Below are positions 7,069 through 14,593 of a DNA stretch of 24,000 nucleotides, piece by piece (position 1 is the stretch's first letter; each line of letters starts with the position of its first letter). Both the position numbers and the translations under genes were made by a program. This stretch comes from Pseudomonas sp. CCC3.1 (lineage in GTDB: Bacteria; Pseudomonadota; Gammaproteobacteria; Pseudomonadales; Pseudomonadaceae), in the NCBI RefSeq assembly GCF_034347405.1, contig NZ_CP133778.1, forward strand, positions 4,362,275-4,386,274, read 5' to 3'. The notes beneath the pieces were generated by a model. The model was given only the letters and a program-made list of their open reading frames with translations, did no database searches and had not been told where the DNA came from.

Positions 7069-8369
7069 TTTCTAACCTCTCCCATGCCTCTGCTGGCCAC
7101 ATCTATTAAATAATCACGAGACTGGCGGTGGAGTGGAAGCGGGCCGGATTGACGCACCCATTTCGCGACATCCTCTGCGGGCAATCTGCGGGCTGCCAGG
7201 ATCATGGCCATCAGATCATCTCTGGCATTCGCATCCCGAACTACTGAAGTCAGATCCGCTCCTCTGGCATGGTACGCGGTGCCGTCCGTCATTCCGGCAG
7301 CGTGGAACGAGGCGCGTCGGATGACGCACGGGACGCACTTACCACACTGCTGGTATGTCCGCTTCCACTTACCACACGATACCGTTTCCGATGCTAGGAC
7401 CCTCAAGTTCGCTTGATCTAAACACCTAGAAAGCATCTCTCCCTTCGTCTGAAGCGCGTACGGATTCTCGACTCGTACAGGCAGGCCGACCGTATCCAGA
7501 ATTTTTTGGAATAGGCCCAAAAAATGTGGGTGCGTCGTCCTAGTACTCAACGCGCCAATGCGGCGAGCAGTCATTGGAGGGTTCAGCGCAATGAGCCCGT
7601 TCTCGGGAACGAAAAGTTCTACTGGTGTGCCAGTGACTCGTAGCTGCGCCAGTGTGGCCCCAACCAGTGCACCATAAGCGAGGAAATTGAAGCTTCGAGT
7701 GCGCATCTGCACATCGGTTTTTCTCCCAGTCAAGGACACCGGATTTGCCACCGCAGCGAATCTTGAGACCTCCACCGGTAGATGATCCCGAACCATGATT
7801 TGCTTTTCCGAGTCACCTCGATATGCATGACTTATCAACAATGGGCGTCTGCCCTCTGCTAATAAATTCAACGCTCCAATGCCGCTATCCATCCCCCCCG
7901 AGAACAAACTGACGCAATCGTGGCCGGCCATAACGGTGATGCGACCACGGTTCTGAGACGTGAGCTGTCTGGGTCCATCAGGCAATAGGATGATCTCCCA
8001 AAGATCGCCGCTTAAGAAATGCAGAGCCTTCTGTAAAAGCGGTATCGCGGCCTGCCAAAGTTGCGGATCAGCGATGGGGATGAATAAACGAAGGTCCCGG
8101 GCCCAACCATCATCAGCGTCTGCTTTATCAACAAAAGTATCTGCGGCTGTTACGGCCATGGCTATAGTCAACAAATCGAACCCGGTTCTACTGACCGGAG
8201 CACCCAAACGCCTCACTGCAGCGCGAACCGGCCCCCCTATAGAGCAAGTGCCCCGCGTCGGTGGGCGACTGCCGTACATCAGTACGGGAATTTCATTAGC
8301 CGTTTGCGAGCGAAGCTGATCAGCTTCGTGATGGAAAATGAGGTCTGTCACTCTTGGTATGCCTCCCAT
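7041..8369 (-). CDS. qatC: QatC, QueC-like PP-loop ATPase of the Qat anti-phage system
   Basis: The PP-loop is 'CVSLFSGGMDSGIGALNLL' (SGGxDS). The QueC-type 4-Cys zinc site is 'SCGKWKRTYQQCGKCVPCVIRR'. A roughly 150-aa N-terminal extension is typical of QatC rather than housekeeping QueC. The gene lies directly downstream of the qatA and qatB homologues. The start is either the ATG at 8369 or the GTG at 8351, which forms a GTGA overlap with the qatB stop. Confidence 0.85.
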   Translation of the reverse strand: MGGIPRVTDLIFHHEADQLRSQTANEIPVLMYGSRPPTRGTCSIGGPVRAAVRRLGAPVSRTGFDLLTIAMAVTAADTFVDKADADDGWARDLRLFIPIADPQLWQAAIPLLQKALHFLSGDLWEIILLPDGPRQLTSQNRGRITVMAGHDCVSLFSGGMDSGIGALNLLAEGRRPLLISHAYRGDSEKQIMVRDHLPVEVSRFAAVANPVSLTGRKTDVQMRTRSFNFLAYGALVGATLAQLRVTGTPVELFVPENGLIALNPPMTARRIGALSTRTTHPHFLGLFQKILDTVGLPVRVENPYALQTKGEMLSRCLDQANLRVLASETVSCGKWKRTYQQCGKCVPCVIRRASFHAAGMTDGTAYHARGADLTSVVRDANARDDLMAMILAARRLPAEDVAKWVRQSGPLPLHRQSRDYLIDVASRGMGEVRNYLWSLGLL

Positions 8370-9100
8370 TCACTCCACACTTCGCGGATGGCGGCCATCT
8401 GAATCTTTTCAATTTGTTTGCTGGAGAGCGCTTTCAGACTGCCTCCCAACAAGGGACGCATGTGCTTGTCGGTCACCGATTCAACGAGAGAGTACAGTTC
8501 CTTCTCGGCCTGCTCGACTTGGCCAGGTGATTCAGCTTTTGCGAACGCATCGTTCGAATCGAGCACTACTTGTCCAAACACGCATTTGGTGACGTACACC
8601 AGCATCATCTGTACAAGCATCTCGTCAGTGATGCTCGCGAAATCAAACTCTTGGTAACCCTCTAGGCATTCAGAAAGCGCCTCGTTCATCGCAACCCGAA
8701 CGCGATCAGAATCGCCGTCCTCGGTGGCAAGCGCCTGCACGATCATGTCGATAGCAATGTCCGTGTCCTGGCCGTTCAACGCAGCGAGATCCAGCCCCAG
8801 AGGGGAATGCCCTTCCCTCAATGTGGCCATCGCACCAAATAAGGCTCCACCGGCTCCGGCCATGGAGCCAAACCGGGCAGGTCCAATGCCACTGCCACCG
8901 GTTGCACCGCCTGCATAGCTGCTTATCGCAGAGCGAAGGTAATCGCCGTCTCCTGTCGAGACGAATCTCCCCAGATTTGTGCGGAAGTCTTTAAATCGCT
9001 GCGGAGGAGCCTCGGGTACCTGCTGCCCATCGGTGTCCACCCACCCAGGCACAAATGGAGAATTACCCCCAGGCCCTTTGCTTGACGTAGAGGTTCCCAT
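8348..9100 (-). CDS. qatB: QatB-like protein (250 aa, Gly/Ser-rich N-terminal third)
   Basis: The call rests on position, between the KAP ATPase and the QueC-like gene. A TAATG overlap with the qatA stop lies at 9098-9102. The N-terminus is MGTSTSSKGPGGNSPFVPGW, followed by a Gly-rich segment (GGATGGSGIGPARFGSMAGAGGALFG) and an acidic helical C-terminal half. No enzymatic motif was found. Confidence 0.65.
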   Translation of the reverse strand: MGTSTSSKGPGGNSPFVPGWVDTDGQQVPEAPPQRFKDFRTNLGRFVSTGDGDYLRSAISSYAGGATGGSGIGPARFGSMAGAGGALFGAMATLREGHSPLGLDLAALNGQDTDIAIDMIVQALATEDGDSDRVRVAMNEALSECLEGYQEFDFASITDEMLVQMMLVYVTKCVFGQVVLDSNDAFAKAESPGQVEQAEKELYSLVESVTDKHMRPLLGGSLKALSSKQIEKIQMAAIREVWSEWEAYQE

Positions 9101-10896
9101 TACTTCTTCTCCCGCTCCTTGTACCAGCTCGCGCCCTTAAGCTTGCTGCTGAGCCAAGGCCGAATTTTGTCCGGCATTACGGTGTGAATGAAGTCCGATA
9201 GCAGCGCACCGGCTTCGGGTGACTTCTCGGCAAGCAACTGCGCACCGTCAAAGCCGACTGGCTTGCTTGTCCACTCAGAATGCGACCGCATCGATTCAAT
9301 TAACTGGGTCATGACGGCCGCGTGCTCACCACCGGATATGGTTTGTAGAGCAGCTTTTGCAGAAGGTGACGAGGTGTTGGACGTCCGTTTGAGCACAGCA
9401 AGCGCTTCAGCCGCATCAGCAGAAAGACCTGCGCGCAATACCCGTAAGGGAGTGGTTTCCCTGCTCAGATAAACGACCGGACGAAGGTCTACAGTCGAAA
9501 GCTGCGGTTCGAGCCTGATCCAATCTCGCACGAGGTCTACTTTGGTCCATAAATCCGGACAAGCCTCCGTAAATTTCACGGGGTCTTCCAGTAGTCCCTC
9601 CAGTTCGGCCAACACTTCAGGTTTGCCGCCGGCAGCACTATTTATCATCGAGTAAAGATGGGCGACCGCTTTCTCCTCCATGCAACGCTCAAAAAGAGCT
9701 ACCTTGGCGATTAGGGCCTCGTTTACAGGCATTTCACGCAGTGCTGCTACCCGTACCCTCATTCGAACGACGTTGAGCATACGCTTCACGATTCTGGGGT
9801 TACCCAACACGGAGCTGGAGCTTGCGAGCATTGGCGCAATTCGATCAGCAATCGGAAAAGCTTCGGCAACTTCCACAGGCACATTAGAGCCCAGCAACTC
9901 TAAGGCCCTCTCTGTGCTGATGGGTTCGTCTCTCCATGCCTTGCGCAAGTTATCTTCAAGCCCGACTCTCAAGGCCTCGATGTGCTCGCCAGGGACCTTG
10001 TTACCGGCCGAGGCAAACAGCATGAATAGGTACGCCCGAACCTCCTGAACGCCCAACCTTGGCACACGAACAGGCACTTGAATAAGTTTATCCAAGTAAT
10101 CAGTCACATGACGATCACCAGGATCTTTGAAATGCTCACTGACCGAATGGCGAACCATCTCCTCATCTGCCGCCACGACAAAAGCCGTATGGTTCATGAA
10201 GAGGAATAGACGCAGAGCCTCCAAGGTATGGATCGTCTGCTTGGGCAAGCAGCGATCTAAGTTGTCGACAAAAACGACCAACGTTTTGTCGAGACCGATG
10301 AGGACATTTGAAAACTCCTTTCGGAACGCCTCGATCTGTTGGGGGGGAGTTTGCTGCTTTTCTGGGCCAAGCAGCCCGGTAAAGCTGTCCTTCGCCTTAC
10401 CACCTTCATCTTTGAGAGTTCCTAACGAGTCATGATCCGCTTCACCGGAAAAGAGCTTCCCCAGAGCCTCCACCCCTTTCGCACCAAAACCGAAAGCTGG
10501 CATACCCAAAGCAAGCGCTCCGCCTTCGACCATAAGACCAAGCATTCGCATTTTGTTTGCCCGCGCAAAAAGCTTCTTCGCTTCAGGAAGAAAGCTGGTT
10601 TCTTCGGCAGCGTCGATAAGAGTGGAGGCGATGATCTCCATCAGCGCGGCGCGGGAGTCATCGAAGCCCTGATACAACCAGGCGTCAAAACGAACGACGA
10701 CGAATTCAGACGCTCCCCGAGGAGGGTTCAGTCCATGCTCGATCAGATTGAGCAGCGTGGACTTCCCAGTACCCCAGGAACCGAACACGCCTATGGTAAC
10801 CGGACGCATGGACGGATCACGGATGACGTCCACAACCAGATCCGCCACTTCTGAGTAATTCAGAAAATCGCTTTTTGTATCGACATCAGCCCACAT
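9100..10896 (-). CDS. qatA: QatA, KAP-family P-loop NTPase
   Basis: A strong RBS AAGGAGG sits 5 nt before the ATG at 10896. Walker A is 'GVFGSWGTGKSTLLNLI', followed by 'VVRFDAWLYQ'. Walker B is 'VVFVDNLDRCLP'. A hydrophobic, Gly-rich insert (MLGLMVEGGALALGMPAFGFGA) lies between them, where KAP NTPases carry their membrane insert. Confidence 0.88.
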   Translation of the reverse strand: MWADVDTKSDFLNYSEVADLVVDVIRDPSMRPVTIGVFGSWGTGKSTLLNLIEHGLNPPRGASEFVVVRFDAWLYQGFDDSRAALMEIIASTLIDAAEETSFLPEAKKLFARANKMRMLGLMVEGGALALGMPAFGFGAKGVEALGKLFSGEADHDSLGTLKDEGGKAKDSFTGLLGPEKQQTPPQQIEAFRKEFSNVLIGLDKTLVVFVDNLDRCLPKQTIHTLEALRLFLFMNHTAFVVAADEEMVRHSVSEHFKDPGDRHVTDYLDKLIQVPVRVPRLGVQEVRAYLFMLFASAGNKVPGEHIEALRVGLEDNLRKAWRDEPISTERALELLGSNVPVEVAEAFPIADRIAPMLASSSSVLGNPRIVKRMLNVVRMRVRVAALREMPVNEALIAKVALFERCMEEKAVAHLYSMINSAAGGKPEVLAELEGLLEDPVKFTEACPDLWTKVDLVRDWIRLEPQLSTVDLRPVVYLSRETTPLRVLRAGLSADAAEALAVLKRTSNTSSPSAKAALQTISGGEHAAVMTQLIESMRSHSEWTSKPVGFDGAQLLAEKSPEAGALLSDFIHTVMPDKIRPWLSSKLKGASWYKEREKK

Positions 10897-11226
10897 CTGA
10901 GCCTCCTTGCTTGCGGAGCATCCCTTGCTTACGAGCTGGACTTACTGCCACAGACACGCAGCATCGCTTTCATAACCGCCATCATTCGTTAAAAAGCGAT
11001 TCAATGCCACTATTTCGACATCTAGTGAATAACACCCCTTCCTATAAGTCCGTCGGGCCGTATAGTCGTAGGCAAAAGCTCAGGAAAGAGAAAACGTAAA
11101 GCAGAACGAGCGGCGGCATGAAAGCCGGGATCTGTAGATATCGTGCATACCATACTGACATCGGCAGTAGCGCCACTTGCAGTAAGCAGAACAATTTAGC
11201 GGACGCCCAGAGGAGTTTCGGGATCA

Positions 11227-11270
11227 GACTAGATCGATGCCGCGTGCAAGCGCGCGACATCGATCTAGTC
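11227..11270 (-). terminator. Hairpin downstream of the MTase-helicase operon (possible terminator, no U-tract)
   Basis: GACTAGATCGATG (11227-11239) and CATCGATCTAGTC (11258-11270) are exact reverse complements. They enclose a GC-rich 18-nt loop that can pair further. The hairpin starts 23 nt after the stop of the 11293-12483 gene on the minus strand. Confidence 0.35.
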
Positions 11271-11292
11271 ATCGTTTACCTCATCAGTGTCT

Positions 11293-12483
11293 TTAGCTGA
11301 CCAGGCGAGCCGAGTGGGGATCGTAGACCATTTCGGTAATTGACCCATCTCGGATGCGCTCAACCGCTTCATCAATCACATGCAGCGGCACCAGGAACCA
11401 CTCCCTAGGTCTGACTGGATGGCCGAAGCGGTCTTCGATGGTCAAGTCCAGCTGCGCTGCGCCGAACAGGCGGTGGAAGATGTTTTCCAGCCGGGTGCGG
11501 TTCAGGTTGTGAAGCTTGTAAGTTGCGACCACTTCCACATCGGCCAGCAGGTAGGTGGCATCTTTCGCCGCCGCCGCGATACGCGTTTCCACTCGGCCAC
11601 CGGTTACGCCGATCTTGTGGATCAGCTCGCGGTGCTCGGCTACGTAGGGATGGTTGGACCGGCTGCGTAACACATAAATGGTGCCAGTCTCGATGTCGTC
11701 CGGCTCGGTTATGTCGCTGAACAGTGGGCCAGAGTCTACCTTGATGATCCGAGACCCTGCACGCCCGTCACCGTCTTTGTAGAGCGCCCGCTGCAAGGAT
11801 CGTAGTAGCAGATCGCTTTCTGTCTCATTGGAGTAGATGACCCGCAAACGACCATTCGTCTCCGCATTCGGCGTCTTGTAGGTGTCTCCCACCTCGGCGA
11901 CATAGGCAATGAGTCCGCTCAGAATGAAGAAGTCCCCGACCTCGATGCTGGCGTTCTTGCCAAAGGGCTTGGTTACCCATAGTTTTTGCTTGAGGCCTGC
12001 TTCCACCTCGTCAAACAGTGGCTTAAATCTCTCGAAGTCTTTACATGGGTTCCGGGCGGCAATTTCTTCTGCCGCTTTTATTGCCGCACTGGAACGCACA
12101 TGCCGCAGCACGGTGATATCGTCCTGGTCGATGGACTCACTGCCGATGCCCAGCTCGGCGAGCAAGGCGTCCTCATCCAGGTCATTCACATTTACCGTGG
12201 CTACCACAGAACCTGACAGTAGGCCGTGACTATCTAAGCCTGCCAGTAGGGCTTGTGCTTCCGGTAACTTGCGAAGCTGATCCAATCGCACGGCGTACAA
12301 GCGCTCGAAAATGTCGCGGTCTTCGCCATGTAGTGGGGCGCGGCCATGGGTCTGATAGAAGCGCCGAATGTCCTCAAAGCCAGCGAAGATGCGTTCTTCG
12401 CGAGGGGTTCGAGTGGCTGTATTTAGCGAGGGTACTTCTACCCCTAGCGCATCCAGTAGGTCGTCATCGTTCATCTTAGCCAT
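11293..12483 (-). CDS. T5orf172 / MUG113-type (GIY-YIG-superfamily) domain protein with a roughly 280-aa uncharacterised N-terminal region
   Basis: The C-terminal domain reads 'GTIYVLRSRSNHPYVAEHRELIHKIGVTGGRVETRIAAAAKDATYL...VVATYKLHNLNRTRLENIFHRLF...REWFLVP', which matches the T5orf172 pattern (IYVLR...KIG.T...R). The chosen start is the ATG at 12483 (MAKMNDDDLLD), which overlaps the helicase stop as ATGGCTAA. The longer ORF from 12600 would run 125 nt into the helicase gene. Confidence 0.85.
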   Translation of the reverse strand: MAKMNDDDLLDALGVEVPSLNTATRTPREERIFAGFEDIRRFYQTHGRAPLHGEDRDIFERLYAVRLDQLRKLPEAQALLAGLDSHGLLSGSVVATVNVNDLDEDALLAELGIGSESIDQDDITVLRHVRSSAAIKAAEEIAARNPCKDFERFKPLFDEVEAGLKQKLWVTKPFGKNASIEVGDFFILSGLIAYVAEVGDTYKTPNAETNGRLRVIYSNETESDLLLRSLQRALYKDGDGRAGSRIIKVDSGPLFSDITEPDDIETGTIYVLRSRSNHPYVAEHRELIHKIGVTGGRVETRIAAAAKDATYLLADVEVVATYKLHNLNRTRLENIFHRLFGAAQLDLTIEDRFGHPVRPREWFLVPLHVIDEAVERIRDGSITEMVYDPHSARLVS

Positions 12484-14593
12484 TAGTGGATTCTCCCTGT
12501 GCCGCTTTGGCTTGGGCACGGTAACGTGCGAACGCAACCACGCCTTCAGCCATTCGTTTCTCCCAGACATCGGCGGAGTTGATGTCTGGCAGCCGGCCAC
12601 GCTCGTTTTTGAACTGCAGGGCGCGCATTGCTAAGTCTCGTGCTTCGCTTTCAGGAATGCTCACCTTCTTGGCTGCAATGCTGGCCTGCACCTGGCGCAG
12701 GGATTTTTCATCCATCGCCTTAGCCAGCACCGCATAGGCGGCTTCAAAAGGGTTGATGCGGTCGATCAGATCAATATCTAGCTCGCGCACGTTGACGAAT
12801 TTGCGCACGCCTTCCAGCAGAGACGTACTGCCTTGTAAGGCGCCACTCTCGCTGGCATCGGTCTGAGCCAACATCAATTTGGCCTGTTGGGTAATGTTCA
12901 TGGCTGCGATGGCATGCTGACGGATTGCTTCCTGGTCGACGTCGCTCAAGTCGGGGTAACGCTCGCGCACGATCTTGCCCATGCGCAGTTGGGTCAGCTC
13001 TTCGGGTAGGGTGTTTTCCTTGTCGAATAGGCCGCGTTCCAGCACGGTTTTGTCCTGCAGGAAGCTGGTTACCACTTCGTTCAAATCTTCTTTGCAGATG
13101 CGCGAGGCTTCTGTGCTTTGCGGCGTGGTCAGACCGTTGATTTCGACATGGTACTGGCCTGTGGCTTCATTCACGCCCAGATTGGTGCCACCTGATTGAT
13201 AGCCCTCGCCACCGTTGTAAATGAAACCGTCTTTCGGCCCGGTATCTTTCGGACTGAACTCATAGCGCGGGGCGAGCACCTGTTCCATCAGCAGGCTGGC
13301 GGAAATGGCCTTAAGCATATCGTTCACTGCTTCGGCTACAGCCGCTTGGTCGGCCATAGGCTCAGCGATCAGGTTGGTGAAGCGCGAGCGCTCCTTGCCC
13401 TCCGCATCACGCGTGGCGCGGCCAATGATTTGTACAATTTCGGTCAGGCTCGAACGGTAGCCGATGGTCAGCGCATGCTCGCACCAGATCCAGTCGAAGC
13501 CTTCCTTCGCCATGCCCAGTGCGATGATCACATCCACGTTGTCGCGGTTGTTCTTCTGCGCAGGGTCTTTCAGTGCACTGAGCACTTTGGAGCGCCTGGA
13601 CGCGTCGCTGTCATCCACCAGGTCTGCCACTTTCAGCGTGCGACCGTCCTTGGCTTTGATGAGGTGGAAGCCGGTGGCCGGGTCGACACCCTGCCAATCG
13701 CCCAGCGCACTCATGATTTCGTTGACCTCGCGCTCCTTGTCTTTGAGGCTTTCGCGGGCATTCACATTGGGGATATGGATGATGGTTTTCAGTGCTGGGT
13801 CCAGCACCTTGGCGACGGCATCCACATACTTGCCGGTATAGAAGAAGTACCCGATGTCCAGCGACTTGAGCCAGCGGTAGCCGTTGAGCTGCTCGTAGTA
13901 GGTGTAAGTCACCGTCTCAAACTTGGCTTCTTCCGCCGGGGCCAGCACGGCCTCGCTGTCGCCACGGAAATAAGAGCCAGTCATGGCCACCAAATGCACT
14001 TTATCGCGGCCGATAAACGCACTCAGTTGGCCGCCCAACTTGTTGTCCGGGTTGGCGGAAACGTGGTGGAATTCGTCGATGGCGATTAGGCGGTTGTCGA
14101 AAGCTTCGATACCTAGCTCTTCTACGGCAAAACGGAAGGTGGCATGGGTGCAAACCAGTGTCTTGTCGGTGCTTTTCAGGAAAGCGCGTACGGCTTCCAC
14201 CTTGGATTTGGCCACGCGCGGCTCATCGATGCCAGGAGCATTACATAGGTTCCACTGCGGAGCCACTTGCCAGTCCCAGTAAAAACCAAACTTGCTCAGC
14301 GGCTCATCGGCGAAGCTGCCGCCAATGGAGCGCTCCGGCACCACGACAATTACCTGTTGCAAGCCCTGGTTATGCAGCTTGTCCAGCGCGATAAACATCA
14401 GGGCGCGGGACTTACCTGATGCAGGGGGCGACTTGATCAGCAGGTACTGTTCGCCGCGCTTGGTATAGGCGCGCTCCTGCATGGTACGCATGCCCAGCTC
14501 ATTGGCTTTGCTGGAAGCCCCGGTGTGCGCCGTGGTGATGGATACCGATGGCACCGTGTAAGTGTTGGTTGGGTTGTGGTTCTGTTCGGTCAT
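12476..14593 (-). CDS. SF2 DEAD/DEAH-like helicase (705 aa)
   Basis: Walker A is 'IKSPPASGKSRALMF'. Motif II is 'LIAIDEFHHV'. Motif III-like is 'MTGSYFRGD'. Motif VI is 'VQIIGRATRD'. A roughly 250-aa helical C-terminal extension follows. There is an ATGA overlap with the upstream gene at 14590-14593. Confidence 0.9.
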   Translation of the reverse strand: MTEQNHNPTNTYTVPSVSITTAHTGASSKANELGMRTMQERAYTKRGEQYLLIKSPPASGKSRALMFIALDKLHNQGLQQVIVVVPERSIGGSFADEPLSKFGFYWDWQVAPQWNLCNAPGIDEPRVAKSKVEAVRAFLKSTDKTLVCTHATFRFAVEELGIEAFDNRLIAIDEFHHVSANPDNKLGGQLSAFIGRDKVHLVAMTGSYFRGDSEAVLAPAEEAKFETVTYTYYEQLNGYRWLKSLDIGYFFYTGKYVDAVAKVLDPALKTIIHIPNVNARESLKDKEREVNEIMSALGDWQGVDPATGFHLIKAKDGRTLKVADLVDDSDASRRSKVLSALKDPAQKNNRDNVDVIIALGMAKEGFDWIWCEHALTIGYRSSLTEIVQIIGRATRDAEGKERSRFTNLIAEPMADQAAVAEAVNDMLKAISASLLMEQVLAPRYEFSPKDTGPKDGFIYNGGEGYQSGGTNLGVNEATGQYHVEINGLTTPQSTEASRICKEDLNEVVTSFLQDKTVLERGLFDKENTLPEELTQLRMGKIVRERYPDLSDVDQEAIRQHAIAAMNITQQAKLMLAQTDASESGALQGSTSLLEGVRKFVNVRELDIDLIDRINPFEAAYAVLAKAMDEKSLRQVQASIAAKKVSIPESEARDLAMRALQFKNERGRLPDINSADVWEKRMAEGVVAFARYRAQAKAAQGESTNG

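Noticed and set aside
7501-7514. 13-nt identity (ATTTTTTGGAATA) between the int-upstream repeat region (1716-1728) and a site inside qatC
   Set aside because: A handful of chance 13-mer matches are expected among all position pairs in 24 kb. The match lies in coding sequence (…HFLGLFQKILD) and the flanks diverge immediately.
11042-11272. 76-aa hydrophobic minus-strand ORF in the Qat/MTase spacer (possible small membrane protein)
   Set aside because: It has no RBS. The start lies inside the 13-bp-stem hairpin. The hydrophobicity is explained by local AT-rich composition. It is kept only as a note in the spacer finding.
12484-12600. Longer N-terminal extension of the T5orf172 gene (start at 12600, 435 aa)
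   Set aside because: It would overlap the helicase gene by 125 nt. The extension (MAGCQTSTPPMSGRNEWLKAWLRSHVTVPKPKRHRENPL) looks non-protein-like. The ATG at 12483 gives the classic short stop/start overlap.
13196-14089. 297-aa plus-strand ORF. Similar long antisense ORFs lie at 14974-15531, 22261-23109, 23122-23553, 9680-10048 and 10432-10854.
   Set aside because: Each is fully embedded antisense to a minus-strand gene with strong motif support. They have low-complexity or odd composition and no motifs, and are shadow ORFs.
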